Assembly (NCBI GenBank): GCA_964344025.1
Contig: CAYFKM010000002.1
Coordinates: 1-43,514, forward strand
Reading direction: 5' to 3'
Length of the DNA stretch: 43,514 nt
Source: an uncultured Candidatus Nanopelagicus sp.
GTDB lineage: Bacteria; Actinomycetota; Actinomycetes; Nanopelagicales; Nanopelagicaceae
The notes beneath the pieces are model-generated. The model had not been told where the DNA came from. It made no database searches and saw only the letters and a list, made by a program, of their open reading frames with translations. The position numbers were made by a program, and so were the translations under genes. Below, piece by piece: positions 28,927-40,146 of the stretch (position 1 is its first letter; each line of letters opens with the position of its first letter).

Positions 28927-29619
28927 CTAAACAAGTGTAGTTGCAATCAAGTCGATCTTTTTTTGCATTTGAGTACCTGCACCATTCCACTCTTTAGTAA
29001 TGGATCGGCCGATTACTACATAGTCAGCACCAGCAGCGATTGCATCTTTTGGAGACATAATTCTGGCCTGATCTCCCGGATCCTCTCCCTCTAGTCTCAC
29101 GCCAGGAGTTATTAGTGTCGCAGAATCCGATAATTGTCGAAGCACTGATACTTCAAATGGTGAACACACTAATGATGTAGCACCAGCTAACAGAGCCAAC
29201 TTGGCCCAATTCTTAGTAGTTTCTTCGATACTTTGACTCTGTCCCATAACTTGGAAATCTTTTTCTGAAAAGGAAGTTAGGACCGTAACCGCAGTAATTG
29301 AGCCGCTTGGTAATGCAGTGGCTGCTGCCGAAATCATCTTTTCACCACCTGCAGCATGAACTGTTAAAAATTTGGGATCTAACTTGGCTACCGATTCAAC
29401 AGCGCCTTTAACAGTGTTTGGAATATCATATAATTTAAGATCTAGAAAGAGTTTGAAGTCTGAATCCTGACGTAATTTTTCGATTCCGGCTATACCATGC
29501 CGAAGAAAAAATTCAAGTCCAATTTTAAAGTGATCGATTTGACCTGAGGCAGCTTTAATCCAACTCTGTGCTTGTTCAAGCTCTTTGGTATCAAGGGCTA
29601 AAATAATAGGTAAAGTCAT
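28927..29619 (-). CDS. pyrF: Orotidine 5'-phosphate decarboxylase
   Basis: LALD, FLDLKLYDIPNTV, TPGVR and VIGRSI motifs. Confidence 0.96.
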   Translation of the reverse strand: MTLPIILALDTKELEQAQSWIKAASGQIDHFKIGLEFFLRHGIAGIEKLRQDSDFKLFLDLKLYDIPNTVKGAVESVAKLDPKFLTVHAAGGEKMISAAATALPSGSITAVTVLTSFSEKDFQVMGQSQSIEETTKNWAKLALLAGATSLVCSPFEVSVLRQLSDSATLITPGVRLEGEDPGDQARIMSPKDAIAAGADYVVIGRSITKEWNGAGTQMQKKIDLIATTLV

Positions 29620-30551
29620 CACACACCTCTATGTGCAAAACCAATTGCATCCCTAAAATCATTGAAACCAAGTTGTATGAGCAATTCACTCAATTGATTT
29701 TTGATGTTAATTGCAGCCATCGGATTACCAAAACTTGCCGTACCAACTGAAATAGCACTTGCACCTGCCAAAACTAATTCCAATGCGTCACGACCATTAG
29801 CAACTCCCCCCATACCTACTATCGGTACATTAGGAAACGCTTGATGAACCTGGTAGATAGCCCTTACCGCTACCGGCCTAATTGCCGGACCGGATAATCC
29901 ACCCGTTTTTCCGGCTAACTTAGGTCGCATAGTTGTCGTATCTATCACCATTCCTAATAATGTATTTATAAGAGCTAATCCATCAACTCCTGCATTAATT
30001 ACAGCATGAGCAATCTCCACAATATCTGTAACATCTGGAGATAGCTTGGCAATAATTGGTAACTCCCCGCCTATATTGCGCCTTACTGATTCAATAACTG
30101 CAATTGAGGTATCAGGATGACATGCAAATACCTGTCCCCTATTTTCTACATTAGGGCATGAAATATTTACTTCGACAGCACTTATACCTGAAACCGCTCT
30201 TAATCGCCTTGAAAGAACTCCATACTCATCTACAGTTTCACCAGCTATTGAAACTATTACCTTTGCCTTTTGTTCGACTAGCCACGGAATATCATTCTCT
30301 AAGAACGCATCAATTCCTGGCCCCTGAAGTCCAATTGAATTTAGCATTCCACTTGGCGTTTCTGCCATCCTTGGCGTCATTCGACCAGTTCGAGCCTTGG
30401 TCATAATTGATTTAGTGACTATTGCACCTAAATCTGTAAGTGGAAAAAACTGTGAAAGTTCCTGACCGCTGCTAGCACAGCCACTAGCCGTAAAAACTGG
30501 ATTTGAGAATCTTTTACTTCCGATTTTTGTTGAAAAATCAATCGTACTCAT
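29619..30551 (-). CDS. pyrD: Dihydroorotate dehydrogenase class 1B, catalytic subunit
   Basis: MLNSIGLQGPG, EVNISCPN, KLSPD and GGLSGPAIRP motifs; ATG 30551 in an ATGA overlap. Confidence 0.95.
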   Translation of the reverse strand: MSTIDFSTKIGSKRFSNPVFTASGCASSGQELSQFFPLTDLGAIVTKSIMTKARTGRMTPRMAETPSGMLNSIGLQGPGIDAFLENDIPWLVEQKAKVIVSIAGETVDEYGVLSRRLRAVSGISAVEVNISCPNVENRGQVFACHPDTSIAVIESVRRNIGGELPIIAKLSPDVTDIVEIAHAVINAGVDGLALINTLLGMVIDTTTMRPKLAGKTGGLSGPAIRPVAVRAIYQVHQAFPNVPIVGMGGVANGRDALELVLAGASAISVGTASFGNPMAAINIKNQLSELLIQLGFNDFRDAIGFAHRGV

Positions 30552-31399
30552 ATATTCATGACATCCAAAACTTCTTTTCGATCCCACATAATTTCAGCTC
30601 CATCCATAACTGGACCATCAATACATGTACGAACCATTTTTACGCTCTCACCATTTCTAATGGGCACAACACATGTCATACATACGCCAATCCCACACGC
30701 CATAGATTCTTCTACCGAACACTGATGAGCAATATCAAACTCTTTTGCTATTTTGTCTATAGCAGTAAGCATGCCCATAGGACCGCAAGAGTAAATAACT
30801 TCAGTCCCTAACTCTCTGATTAATCTTGGAATCGCCTCACTGATTTGTCCATGAATGCCCGCGCTGCCATCATCTGTAGTTAAAGTTAATGAAGATACTG
30901 TTCGCTTTCCCTCTAAAGGTGCAAATATCTTATTGGCAGTGCTTGCACCTAAAACCATATCAACTCTACAACCTCTATTTTTTAGCAACTCAGCTAAGGC
31001 AAATAGTGGAGCAGATCCATAGCCACCACCAATTAGCATTGTATTTGCATTACTGGTTGGAACTCCAAAAGATGTACCTAATGGTCCAATTAGATCGACC
31101 ATATCTCCAACTGCCCTTGAACATAGCCAGGTACTACCTTGACCGTGTGGGGCTACTACTAATTCAATACTGCCCCCCATTGGCCCTTTGTCAATTGCAC
31201 GATAGATGGCAAATGCTCGACGCAAAATAAGCGAGGATTGTTCGCCACCGACTGATATCGCCACAAAATTGCCAGGCCTGACACTGGCCGCCATCGCACC
31301 AACTGTAAAGACCATGTGATGATAAGGGCCAAATTTCTTATTACTTATTACCTCAGCCATTACTTGAGTGGCAGATTTATTTATCTTATGTGGAATCAT
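30548..31399 (-). CDS. pyrK: Dihydroorotate dehydrogenase electron transfer subunit
   Basis: [20 protein letters not shown] and [11 protein letters not shown]...CIDGPV [2Fe-2S] motif; ATG 31399 in an ATGA overlap. Confidence 0.93.
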   Translation of the reverse strand: MIPHKINKSATQVMAEVISNKKFGPYHHMVFTVGAMAASVRPGNFVAISVGGEQSSLILRRAFAIYRAIDKGPMGGSIELVVAPHGQGSTWLCSRAVGDMVDLIGPLGTSFGVPTSNANTMLIGGGYGSAPLFALAELLKNRGCRVDMVLGASTANKIFAPLEGKRTVSSLTLTTDDGSAGIHGQISEAIPRLIRELGTEVIYSCGPMGMLTAIDKIAKEFDIAHQCSVEESMACGIGVCMTCVVPIRNGESVKMVRTCIDGPVMDGAEIMWDRKEVLDVMNI

Positions 31400-34300
31400 T
31401 TGCTCATCCACTCCTGAAGTGATCGAATTTCGAAATTATCTTTCTGAAGTGCGGCGATTCCAGCAACTGCGGCTTTAAAACCTGGAATTGTAGTAATGCA
31501 TGGAACAGATCTTGAGACTGCTGCAGTTCTTATCAAAAAGCCATCTTGGCGAGATCCACGCCCAAGCGGCGTATTTATAACAAGTTGAACCAAACCCTGT
31601 GTAATTAGATCATTCGCTGACAATTGCGTGGATTGAGGATCAGAATTCTTTCTTACAAGTTCAGTTGCTACACCTTTTTCAGCTAGAAACAAATTGGTAC
31701 CAGCGGTGCTATAGATTTTAAAACCCAACTGATGTAGATCCCTTGCAAATCGCCAGCCAGAATCTTTATCTCGCTCGGAAAGTGATATAAAAACTGATCC
31801 TGATTTTGGTAGTGGACCAAATGCTGCAGTCTGGCTTTTAGCAAACGCAAGACCAAAGTTATTGGCAATACCCATAACCTCACCAGTTGATTTCATTTCT
31901 GGTCCTAAAACGGTATCAACTCCGCTTCCATCTATGCGCCTAAATCGGTTAAACGGTAAAACGGCTTCTTTGACCGAAACTCCATTTGGTCTTCCATCGC
32001 CAGTACTTGGAAGTATCTTTTCTTTTCGCAATACATCAATTGACACTCCAGTTGAGATCAAGGCAGCTGCTTTGGCTAATTGCACACCAGTAGCTTTGGC
32101 TACAAACGGAACTGTGCGAGAGGCACGTGGGTTTGCTTCGAGCACATACAGTTTTTTAGGATGTCCACTTAATGCAAACTGTATATTTATTAAACCTCGA
32201 ACCCCAATGTCTTTAGCAATTCTTTCAGTAGCCTCTCTTATTTCTGCAATTGCACTCTTATCTAAAGAGGTACTAGGTAAGACACATGCTGAATCTCCAG
32301 AGTGAACCCCGGCCTCCTCAATATGCTCCATCACCCCTGCTAAATACAGTTCGGTTCCATCAAAAAGTGCATCTACATCGATCTCAATAGCATCGTCTAA
32401 GAATTTATCTATTAAAACCGGATGGTTAGGAGTGATAGCAGTGGCTTTTTCTATAAAACCTTTTAATGACTCTTCATCATAAACTATCTCCATACCCCTT
32501 CCACCTAAAACATAAGAAGGTCGCACTAATACTGGATAGTTGATTCTTGCGGCGATTTGTGAGGCTTCCGAGTAGGAATTCGCCATTCCAAAATTCGGAG
32601 CTAGCAAATTATTGGATTTCAAAATTTCTCCAAATGCACCTCGCTCCTCAGCTAAATCGATTGCATCCGGAGAAGTTCCAAGAATTTTTACGCCTGCTTC
32701 CATTAAACCTCGGGCCAAACCTAGAGGTGTTTGTCCACCGAGCTGAGCAATCACACCAAGGACCGGACCAGCGGCACTCTCAGCGTTAATTACCTCAATA
32801 ACATCTTCAATAGTAAGTGGTTCAAAGTAAAGGCGATCGGAAGTGTCATAATCAGTTGAAACAGTCTCTGGATTACAATTAATCATAATAGTTTCATAAC
32901 CTGCTTTTTTAAGTGCAAATGATGCATGGACGCATGAGTAGTCAAACTCAATACCTTGACCAATTCTATTTGGACCACTACCCAAAATTATTACCGCTAC
33001 CTTAGTACGAGGAATAACTTCACTTTCCTCATCATATGAGGAGTAATAGTAGGGAGTTAACGCCTCAAACTCACCGGCGCATGTATCAACTGTTTTAAAG
33101 ACAGGATGTACATTCAATGTATTTCGAATTCGCTTTATTTCAGATTCTGAAACTGAACGTAATTTTGAAATTTGCTCATCAGAAAAGCCCATACTTTTAG
33201 CAGATTTAAGGAGTTCTCTATTTAACTCACCTGGTTTGGAAATCTCATTTGCTTTTAAGTTAATGAGGTTTATTTGCTCCAAAAACCAAGGATCAATTTT
33301 GGTTTTCTCATAGACCTCCGGCACTGTAGCGCCTAGGTACAAAGCTTGTTGAACCTGTTGCAACCTAAACTCAGTTGGCACGCTTATACTTTTCATTATT
33401 TGCGATAACTCACCCGGCTGCCAAGTAAAAGATGCACCTTTTTTCTCTAGTGATCTAAGCGCTTTTTGTAAAGCTTCAGGGAAACTTCGGCCAATAGCCA
33501 TAGCCTCACCAACACTTTTCATAGTTGTCGTCAATCTTGGATCTGCTTCAGAGAATTTCTCAAAGGCAAATCTTGGAACCTTAACCACCACGTAATCCAA
33601 TGAGGGTTCAAATGAAGCTGGAGTTGATTTTGTTATGTCATTAGTAATCTCATCCAAGGTGTATCCAATTGCAAGTTTTGTAGCAATTTTTGCAATTGGA
33701 AACCCCGTAGCTTTTGAAGCCAAGGCTGAAGATCTGGACACGCGAGGATTCATTTCAATTACAATAATTCTTCCACTAACCGGATTTACCGCAAATTGTA
33801 TGTTGCAGCCACCGGTTGCTACTCCTACCTCTCGGATAATCGCGATAGATAGGTCTCTGAGTTTTTGATACTCAACATCAGTTAAAGTCATAGCTGGAGC
33901 AACAGTGATGGAATCTCCGGTATGAACTCCCATTGGGTCAACATTTTCAATACTGCAAACGATCACCACGTTGTCTTTATGATCGCGCATAACTTCCAAC
34001 TCATACTCTTTCCAACCTATTATTGATTCTTCTAACAAAACCTCCGTGGTAGGACTATGACGAAGTCCTGCTCCTGCAATTTGGTGTAATTCCTCTTCGT
34101 TGTACGCAATACCAGAACCAAGTCCGCCCATGGTAAAAGATGGTCTAACTACAACTGGATACTTCAATTCGAGTACTGCACTCAAACACTCATCCATGGA
34201 ATGGCATATTCTGGATCGCGCTGACTCTCCACCAACAGTCTCAACGATCTTCTTAAACACCTCTCTATCTTCACCGCGTTTAATAGCATCGACATTCGCA

Positions 34301-34650
34301 CCAATCAACTTAGATCCAAAACGTTCAAATGAACCACGTTCATATAATTTCATCGCAGAATTAAGTGCGGTTTGACCTCCTAAAGTCGCTAAGACGGCAT
34401 CTGGTCGTTCTTTTTCAAGGATTTTCTCAATCACCTCAGGTGTTATCGGCTCCACATAAGTTGCATCTGCAAACTCCGGATCAGTCATGATCGTCGCGGG
34501 GTTAGAGTTAATTAAAATTACTCGAATACCTTCACTTTGCAAAACTCTGCATGCTTGAGTTCCAGAATAATCAAACTCACAAGCCTGACCAATAACAATA
34601 GGACCACTGCCAATTACCAATACACTCTGAATCGATGTATCTCTAGGCAT
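31396..34650 (-). CDS. carB: Carbamoyl-phosphate synthase large subunit
   Basis: [17 protein letters not shown], duplicated ATP-grasp domains and C-terminal MGS domain. Confidence 0.98.
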   Translation of the reverse strand: MPRDTSIQSVLVIGSGPIVIGQACEFDYSGTQACRVLQSEGIRVILINSNPATIMTDPEFADATYVEPITPEVIEKILEKERPDAVLATLGGQTALNSAMKLYERGSFERFGSKLIGANVDAIKRGEDREVFKKIVETVGGESARSRICHSMDECLSAVLELKYPVVVRPSFTMGGLGSGIAYNEEELHQIAGAGLRHSPTTEVLLEESIIGWKEYELEVMRDHKDNVVIVCSIENVDPMGVHTGDSITVAPAMTLTDVEYQKLRDLSIAIIREVGVATGGCNIQFAVNPVSGRIIVIEMNPRVSRSSALASKATGFPIAKIATKLAIGYTLDEITNDITKSTPASFEPSLDYVVVKVPRFAFEKFSEADPRLTTTMKSVGEAMAIGRSFPEALQKALRSLEKKGASFTWQPGELSQIMKSISVPTEFRLQQVQQALYLGATVPEVYEKTKIDPWFLEQINLINLKANEISKPGELNRELLKSAKSMGFSDEQISKLRSVSESEIKRIRNTLNVHPVFKTVDTCAGEFEALTPYYYSSYDEESEVIPRTKVAVIILGSGPNRIGQGIEFDYSCVHASFALKKAGYETIMINCNPETVSTDYDTSDRLYFEPLTIEDVIEVINAESAAGPVLGVIAQLGGQTPLGLARGLMEAGVKILGTSPDAIDLAEERGAFGEILKSNNLLAPNFGMANSYSEASQIAARINYPVLVRPSYVLGGRGMEIVYDEESLKGFIEKATAITPNHPVLIDKFLDDAIEIDVDALFDGTELYLAGVMEHIEEAGVHSGDSACVLPSTSLDKSAIAEIREATERIAKDIGVRGLINIQFALSGHPKKLYVLEANPRASRTVPFVAKATGVQLAKAAALISTGVSIDVLRKEKILPSTGDGRPNGVSVKEAVLPFNRFRRIDGSGVDTVLGPEMKSTGEVMGIANNFGLAFAKSQTAAFGPLPKSGSVFISLSERDKDSGWRFARDLHQLGFKIYSTAGTNLFLAEKGVATELVRKNSDPQSTQLSANDLITQGLVQLVINTPLGRGSRQDGFLIRTAAVSRSVPCITTIPGFKAAVAGIAALQKDNFEIRSLQEWMSK

Positions 34651-35791
34651 TGCTATCCTTTAAACCGACTTTAGGTGTGGACATGAGTTGTACAAATCTT
34701 TCAAAAAGATACGCAGCATCATGTGGACCGGCAGCCGACTCAGGATGATATTGAACTGAAAAAGCTGGAATAGAAATCATCTCTAGACCTTCTACAACTG
34801 AATCATTTAATGAAAGGTGAGATACACGACCTTTTCCATACACAGTCGTAAACTCCTTTTCTTGCGGTGCTGCTACTGCGAAGCCGTGATTATGGGCCGT
34901 AATTTCGACCTTTCCTGTTGTCAGATCTATAACTGGTTGGTTAATTCCACGGTGCCCAAATGGCAACTTATAAGTCTCAAATCCAAGTGCCCGTCCAAGA
35001 ATCTGGTGACCAAAACAAATTCCAAAGAACGGAATTTCATCTAGCAGCACATTTCTTACCAATTCAACAACATCTGTCATTGCTGCCGGGTCTCCGGGTC
35101 CGTTTGATAGGAATACTCCATCCGGATTCATTTTCTTAATATCTTCAAATGAAGTCATCAATGGTAAAACATGGACTTCGATACCAAGCTCTGCCATAGC
35201 TTTTGGAGTTGCACCCTTAATTCCAAGATCAATTGCTGCAACCTTAAATCTAGTAGGAACTCCAGCTGGCGGTGAAACGACGTAGGATTTTTCTGTGGTC
35301 ACATCTTTTGCTAGGTAGGCACCACTCATCGGCGATGTCTTTCTAACTTTTACTACCATATCTTCCCTACTTAAACTTGTATCACTAAAAATTCCAACAC
35401 GCATTGCCCCTCGCTCCCGAAGGTGTCGAGTCAAAGCACGGGTATCAATCCCTTGAATTCCTACTACCCCAGAATCGATTAGTTCTTCCTCTAGTGATTT
35501 ATTACTGCGCCAATTACTAGTTATTGGAGAGGGGTTTCTTACCACAAAACCAGAAACCCAAATTTTTCGGGATTCTTTATCAAGGTCATTTATCCCGGTG
35601 TTACCAATATGGGGAGCAGTCATAACCACAATTTGCTTGTGATACGAAGGGTCAGTAAGAGTCTCCTGATATCCAGTCATTCCCGTTGAAAATACTGCTT
35701 CACCAAATGTTTCACCAGTTTTTGCCCATGATTTACCTTCAAAAATTCTTCCATCATCTAACACTAAGTAGGCAGTCGTTGGTTTACTCAT
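34643..35791 (-). CDS. carA: Carbamoyl-phosphate synthase small subunit
   Basis: [29 protein letters not shown] and QYHPE motifs; ATG 35791. Confidence 0.97.
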   Translation of the reverse strand: MSKPTTAYLVLDDGRIFEGKSWAKTGETFGEAVFSTGMTGYQETLTDPSYHKQIVVMTAPHIGNTGINDLDKESRKIWVSGFVVRNPSPITSNWRSNKSLEEELIDSGVVGIQGIDTRALTRHLRERGAMRVGIFSDTSLSREDMVVKVRKTSPMSGAYLAKDVTTEKSYVVSPPAGVPTRFKVAAIDLGIKGATPKAMAELGIEVHVLPLMTSFEDIKKMNPDGVFLSNGPGDPAAMTDVVELVRNVLLDEIPFFGICFGHQILGRALGFETYKLPFGHRGINQPVIDLTTGKVEITAHNHGFAVAAPQEKEFTTVYGKGRVSHLSLNDSVVEGLEMISIPAFSVQYHPESAAGPHDAAYLFERFVQLMSTPKVGLKDSNA

Positions 35792-35795
35792 TGTG

Positions 35796-37088
35796 TCAAA
35801 CACCTGTACCAATTAATTTGCCGGATTTCATTATTAAATTTCCAGAGTAAATTACATCACTAACTACTCCAGGAAGTTGCATTTCATGGAACGGAGTATT
35901 TCTACTTTTTGATTTTAGATTGTCTCTATTTACCGTCCAATTCGCATTTGGATCTACAAGAATTAAATTAGCGGCAGCTCCTTGAGCTATCCCCTGCCCT
36001 TGATTCTCATATCCTGCAATCTGTGCGGGTCTTATCGACATACGATCAACTAGATCTTTCCAGGTCATTAATTTTGTTTCAACCATGGTTTTAATTACAA
36101 CTGATAATGCACTCTCAAGTCCAACCATTCCAAAGGCAGCGGATTGCCACTCGCAATCTTTGAGCTCAGCTGAATGCGGTGCATGATCGGTAGCCACGAT
36201 ATCTATTACTCCTTCAGCCAATCCCTGCCTTAGCGCCATAACATCTCTTTCGGTGCGAAGCGGTGGATTAACTTTGTATATCGGGTCATAATTTTCTACC
36301 AGCTCATCGGTAAGTAGTAAATGGTGAGGAGTCACCTCAGCGGTTACCGCTATTCCACGTTGTTTTGCCCAACGTACTAATTCAACACCGCCTGCAGTAG
36401 TCACATGGCAGATATGTAATCGAGATTGAACATGATCGGTAAGCAATATATCCCGGGCAATGATCGCCTCCTCAGCAACTGCTGGCCAACCCTTAAGTCC
36501 AATTCTTGCTGAAACTATTCCTTCATTCATTTGTGCATTTACAGTTAACTTAGGTTCCTGCGCATGTTGAGCAATAATTCCGTTATAAGTTTTCACATAC
36601 TCAAGAGCCCTACGCATTATTAACGGGTCAGCAACACAGTTGCCATCATCACTAAAGATACGTACTTGTGCAATTGATTCGGCCATCGCACCAATCTCAG
36701 CCAACTGATCCCCATTTAGACCCTTAGTGACTGCACCAATTGGGTATACATCACAAATACCTGCGCTTTTACCTAACCGAAAGATTTGCTCAACTACCCC
36801 CGCAGTATCAGCTACTGGATTTGTGTTTGCCATCGCCGAAATTGCTGTAAATCCACCACTAACAGCTGATTGGGATCCAGTAAAAACAGTCTCTGAATCT
36901 TCTCTACCTGGCTCGCGAAGATGGGTATGTAAATCAACTAAACCAGGCATCAAGATTTTTCCAGAACTATCAATTCCTTCAACCTTATCTTTACCATTCG
37001 ATTTTTCGATTGATTTAATTATTCCGTCACTAATTTCTACATTAACGACACTTCCATCAACTAATTTTGCATTACTTAATCTAATCAT
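35796..37088 (-). CDS. pyrC: Dihydroorotase
   Basis: [24 protein letters not shown] and ATDHAPH motifs. Confidence 0.96.
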   Translation of the reverse strand: MIRLSNAKLVDGSVVNVEISDGIIKSIEKSNGKDKVEGIDSSGKILMPGLVDLHTHLREPGREDSETVFTGSQSAVSGGFTAISAMANTNPVADTAGVVEQIFRLGKSAGICDVYPIGAVTKGLNGDQLAEIGAMAESIAQVRIFSDDGNCVADPLIMRRALEYVKTYNGIIAQHAQEPKLTVNAQMNEGIVSARIGLKGWPAVAEEAIIARDILLTDHVQSRLHICHVTTAGGVELVRWAKQRGIAVTAEVTPHHLLLTDELVENYDPIYKVNPPLRTERDVMALRQGLAEGVIDIVATDHAPHSAELKDCEWQSAAFGMVGLESALSVVIKTMVETKLMTWKDLVDRMSIRPAQIAGYENQGQGIAQGAAANLILVDPNANWTVNRDNLKSKSRNTPFHEMQLPGVVSDVIYSGNLIMKSGKLIGTGV

Positions 37089-38034
37089 TTACTAATCCAA
37101 TCGGTGCCCCACCTAATAGTTGATATAACACAGCCATTCTTATTGCTACGCCATTTTTTACCTGATCAATAATTACGGATTTAATATCATCAGCGCTATC
37201 TGCAGAAATCTCAAGTCCACGATTCATCGGGCCTGGATGCATGACAATTGCAGATTTTTTCAATTGGGCTAGGCGATATGAATTTAATCCATACCTTCTG
37301 GAGTATTCACGTTCAGTAGGAAAGAATGAATCATTCATTCTCTCTTGTTGAATGCGTAGCATCATGACCACATCAGCCTGAGGTATCTCTTTATCTAAAT
37401 CGAATGAAATATCTACTGGCCATTTTTCAACACCCACAGGTAATAAAGTCGGAGGCGCAATTAAGGTTACTTTGGCTCCTAATTTATTAAGTAGAATGAC
37501 ATTACTACGCGCTACTCTTGAGTGCAGAATATCGCCTACAATCAAAATCTTAAGTCCACTTAGATCGCTATCATTTGCTCTAAGGTGCTGTTTTATCGTA
37601 AACGCATCCAGTAGTGCTTGAGTTGGGTGCTCATGCGTTCCATCACCTGCATTAATTACCGTTGCTTGAATCCATTTCGAATCTGCCAACCGCTGGGCCG
37701 CACCGCTACTGCCATGGCGAATTACAACTGCATCTGCACCCATAGCCTGAAGTGTTTGAGCCGTATCTTTTAGACTCTCACCCTTACTTACCGAAGAACC
37801 TTTTGCTGAAAAATTAATTACATCTGCTGATAATCTCTTAGCAGCTGTTTCAAAGCTGATTCTAGTTCTAGTTGAATCTTCAAAAAACAGGTTGACTACG
37901 GTCTTTCCACGCAAAGTGGGAAGTTTCTTGTTAGGACCATCTGTAATCGTTGCTAGCTCTTTTGCCGTGGCCAATAACTTAAGAGCATCCTGCTTGCTTA
38001 AATCCTGAGCCGATAATAGGTGGGCATTTTTCAT
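37081..38034 (-). CDS. pyrB: Aspartate carbamoyltransferase catalytic subunit
   Basis: [16 protein letters not shown] and MHPGPMNRG motifs. Confidence 0.97.
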   Translation of the reverse strand: MKNAHLLSAQDLSKQDALKLLATAKELATITDGPNKKLPTLRGKTVVNLFFEDSTRTRISFETAAKRLSADVINFSAKGSSVSKGESLKDTAQTLQAMGADAVVIRHGSSGAAQRLADSKWIQATVINAGDGTHEHPTQALLDAFTIKQHLRANDSDLSGLKILIVGDILHSRVARSNVILLNKLGAKVTLIAPPTLLPVGVEKWPVDISFDLDKEIPQADVVMMLRIQQERMNDSFFPTEREYSRRYGLNSYRLAQLKKSAIVMHPGPMNRGLEISADSADDIKSVIIDQVKNGVAIRMAVLYQLLGGAPIGLVND

Positions 38035-38552
38035 TTAATTAACTCCACTAAATCGTTACCATCTAGCTCCGCAAGATGAACCTTTACGCTCTCACTTATT
38101 GAAGTTGGGATATTTTTACCGACATAATCCGCACGGATTGGTAACTCTCGGTGACCACGATCAACTAATACTGCCAATTGAACAGTTCTTGGCCGACCTA
38201 TTTCTCCAATTGCATCTAGTGCTGCTCTTATAGTTCGTCCAGAAAACAACACATCATCCACTAAAACCAAATCTTTACCTTCAATTCCGCCACTCGGAAT
38301 TTTTGTTGGGAGTATTGGCTTTGGTGGGCGCATCCGAAGATCATCTCGATGCAAGGTTATGTCTAAGACTCCAGTTGGAACAGATGATTCGATCTCGGAA
38401 ATAAACTTGCTAATTCGATCGGCTAGGAAAGCTCCCCTAGTGGGAATACCCATCAAGGCTAAATTATCTACACCCTGATTATGCTCAATAATTTCATGAG
38501 AAATACGTTTTATAGCGCGATCTATGTCGCTACCAGACAACAAAATGCCCAT
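38031..38552 (-). CDS. pyrR: Pyrimidine operon regulatory protein / UPRTase
   Basis: [29 protein letters not shown] and [17 protein letters not shown] motifs. Confidence 0.97.
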   Translation of the reverse strand: MGILLSGSDIDRAIKRISHEIIEHNQGVDNLALMGIPTRGAFLADRISKFISEIESSVPTGVLDITLHRDDLRMRPPKPILPTKIPSGGIEGKDLVLVDDVLFSGRTIRAALDAIGEIGRPRTVQLAVLVDRGHRELPIRADYVGKNIPTSISESVKVHLAELDGNDLVELIK

Positions 38553-38558
38553 TTACTT

Positions 38559-38595
38559 CTCCTTCGCCGCCTCTCTGGACGGATCGTTAAAGGAA
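38559..38595 (-). promoter_or_regulatory. PyrR-binding RNA element overlapping the pyrR Shine-Dalgarno
   Basis: Minus strand reads TTCCTTTAACGATCCGTCCAGAGAGGCGGCGAAGGAG: CTTTAA and GTCCAGAGAGGC consensus, with CCTT able to pair with the AAGG of the SD. A -10 TATCAT lies at 38603-38608. Confidence 0.88.
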
Positions 38596-38618
38596 CGCCC
38601 GAATGATAGCAGAGGTTG

Positions 38619-38627
38619 TGTGGATAA
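38619..38627 (-). promoter_or_regulatory. Consensus DnaA box (TTATCCACA)
   Basis: TGTGGATAA on the + strand in the pyrR/bldD intergenic region; function not demonstrated. Confidence 0.4.
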
Positions 38628-38666
38628 ATAAAATCATCATTTTTTCGGTGTGGCTAATCTACGATT

Positions 38667-39116
38667 ATGAATACAAATAATCCAGCACAACGACTACGAG
38701 ATATCAGAAAATCAAAAGGGTGGAGCCTACAAGATGTTGAGCACCATTCAAACGGAAAATGGAAAGCGGTAGTAATTGGCTCCTATGAAAGAGGCGATCG
38801 AGCCATCTCACTGAAAAAAGCGATCTCCCTTATGCAGTTCTACCAAGTACCTATTACTGAACTTTTTCCGGATGTTACTACGCAGGTGAGCGTTAGAAGC
38901 ATTAGTGTAAACCTAAACAAGTTAACCAACAGTACTGAGGTGAAATTTCAAGTTTTGCAGAGATTCACCAAAAGTATTATTAATCGACGAAGGGACTGGA
39001 ATGGTCAAATATTGACTATTCGAGCTAATGACCTTCAATTTTTGGCGCTACAGGTGGATAAAAGTGAGTCAGATACTTTGGATTGGCTAATCGAATCTGA
39101 GCTGATTCACCTTTAA
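38667..39116 (+). CDS. bldD: BldD-like XRE-family transcriptional regulator
   Basis: SNGKWKAVVIGSYERGDRAI matches the BldD DNA-binding domain; C-terminal RRDWNGQILTIRAND; typical position between pyrR and nusB. Confidence 0.85.
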   Translation: MNTNNPAQRLRDIRKSKGWSLQDVEHHSNGKWKAVVIGSYERGDRAISLKKAISLMQFYQVPITELFPDVTTQVSVRSISVNLNKLTNSTEVKFQVLQRFTKSIINRRRDWNGQILTIRANDLQFLALQVDKSESDTLDWLIESELIHL

Positions 39117-39520
39117 ATTGCAATTGAATCTTTTACTTTAATAATCCTGCCTAGTACGCCATTTATATATTTCGCAGATTCATCAGTGGAAAGTGATTTT
39201 GCAAGCTCTACCGCCTCATCGCATGCTACTTCTAGATCGACTTCAGCCACCCAAAGAATTTCAAAGATTGCAATTTTCAATATATTTCTGTCAATTGCCG
39301 GCATTCTATCCAGATCCCAATCTTGAGCGTAGGTAGTGATTAACTCATCAATTTTGGTCGAATGTTCTGCTACCCCTGAAAGCAATTTTTCAACATATTC
39401 AGACTCAGATAGTTCAGATGCGCCTCGCAGTTGCAGTAAATCTAAAGCTTTAGCTTTTTTGATCTCAGCTTCATAGAGGAAATCTAAAGCGCGCTTCCTT
39501 GCTTTACTTCGTGCAGGCAC
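39113..39520 (-). CDS. nusB: Transcription antitermination factor NusB
   Basis: ARSKARKRAL, WDLDRMPAIDRNIL, EAVELAK and YINGVL motifs. Confidence 0.96.
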   Translation of the reverse strand: MPARSKARKRALDFLYEAEIKKAKALDLLQLRGASELSESEYVEKLLSGVAEHSTKIDELITTYAQDWDLDRMPAIDRNILKIAIFEILWVAEVDLEVACDEAVELAKSLSTDESAKYINGVLGRIIKVKDSIAI

Positions 39521-39522
39521 TA

Positions 39523-40083
39523 TTAGTTTGCTCGACCTAGGTAAGCACCTGTGCGAGTGTCGACCAAAATTTTTTCATCCTGCTTAATAAATAGTGGTAC
39601 TTGAACTGATATTCCAGTTTCTACTGTGGCAGGTTTAGTGCCACCAGATGATCTATCACCTTGTAAACCAGGCTCAGTATAGGTAACTACAAGCTCTACC
39701 GATGCTGGTAACTCGATAAACAATGGATTGCCTTCATGCATTGCCACTATGGCATCTGAATTCTCAAGCATATAGTTGACTGCATCGCCTACAGTTTGTT
39801 TGCTTATTGAAATTTGGTCATAATTCGTAGAGTCCATAAAAATAAAATCATCTCCGTCACGGTATAAAAACTGCATATCTCGCTTCTCAACCGATGCAAC
39901 TTCAACCTTAACTCCTGCGTTGAATGTCTTCTCAACTACTTTTCCAGAGAGCACAGAGCGCATTTTTGTTCTTACAAAAGCTCCGCCTTTACCAGGTTTG
40001 ACGTGTTGAAACTCAATGACATTCCACAACTGCCCATCAAGATTTAAGGTCATGCCATTCTTAAGGTCATTTGTCGTTGCCAT
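39523..40083 (-). CDS. efp: Elongation factor P
   Basis: [21 protein letters not shown] and KPATVETG motifs. Confidence 0.97.
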   Translation of the reverse strand: MATTNDLKNGMTLNLDGQLWNVIEFQHVKPGKGGAFVRTKMRSVLSGKVVEKTFNAGVKVEVASVEKRDMQFLYRDGDDFIFMDSTNYDQISISKQTVGDAVNYMLENSDAIVAMHEGNPLFIELPASVELVVTYTEPGLQGDRSSGGTKPATVETGISVQVPLFIKQDEKILVDTRTGAYLGRAN

Positions 40084-40146
40084 TATCTTCCAATCTTCTC
40101 TTTATTGCTTACAAAGTAAGTTAAAATTTAGTGCAATTCTACCTTG

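Noticed and set aside
28927..38552. Absence of pyrE from the pyr operon
   Set aside because: pyrE is normally unlinked in Actinobacteria, so this is not unusual
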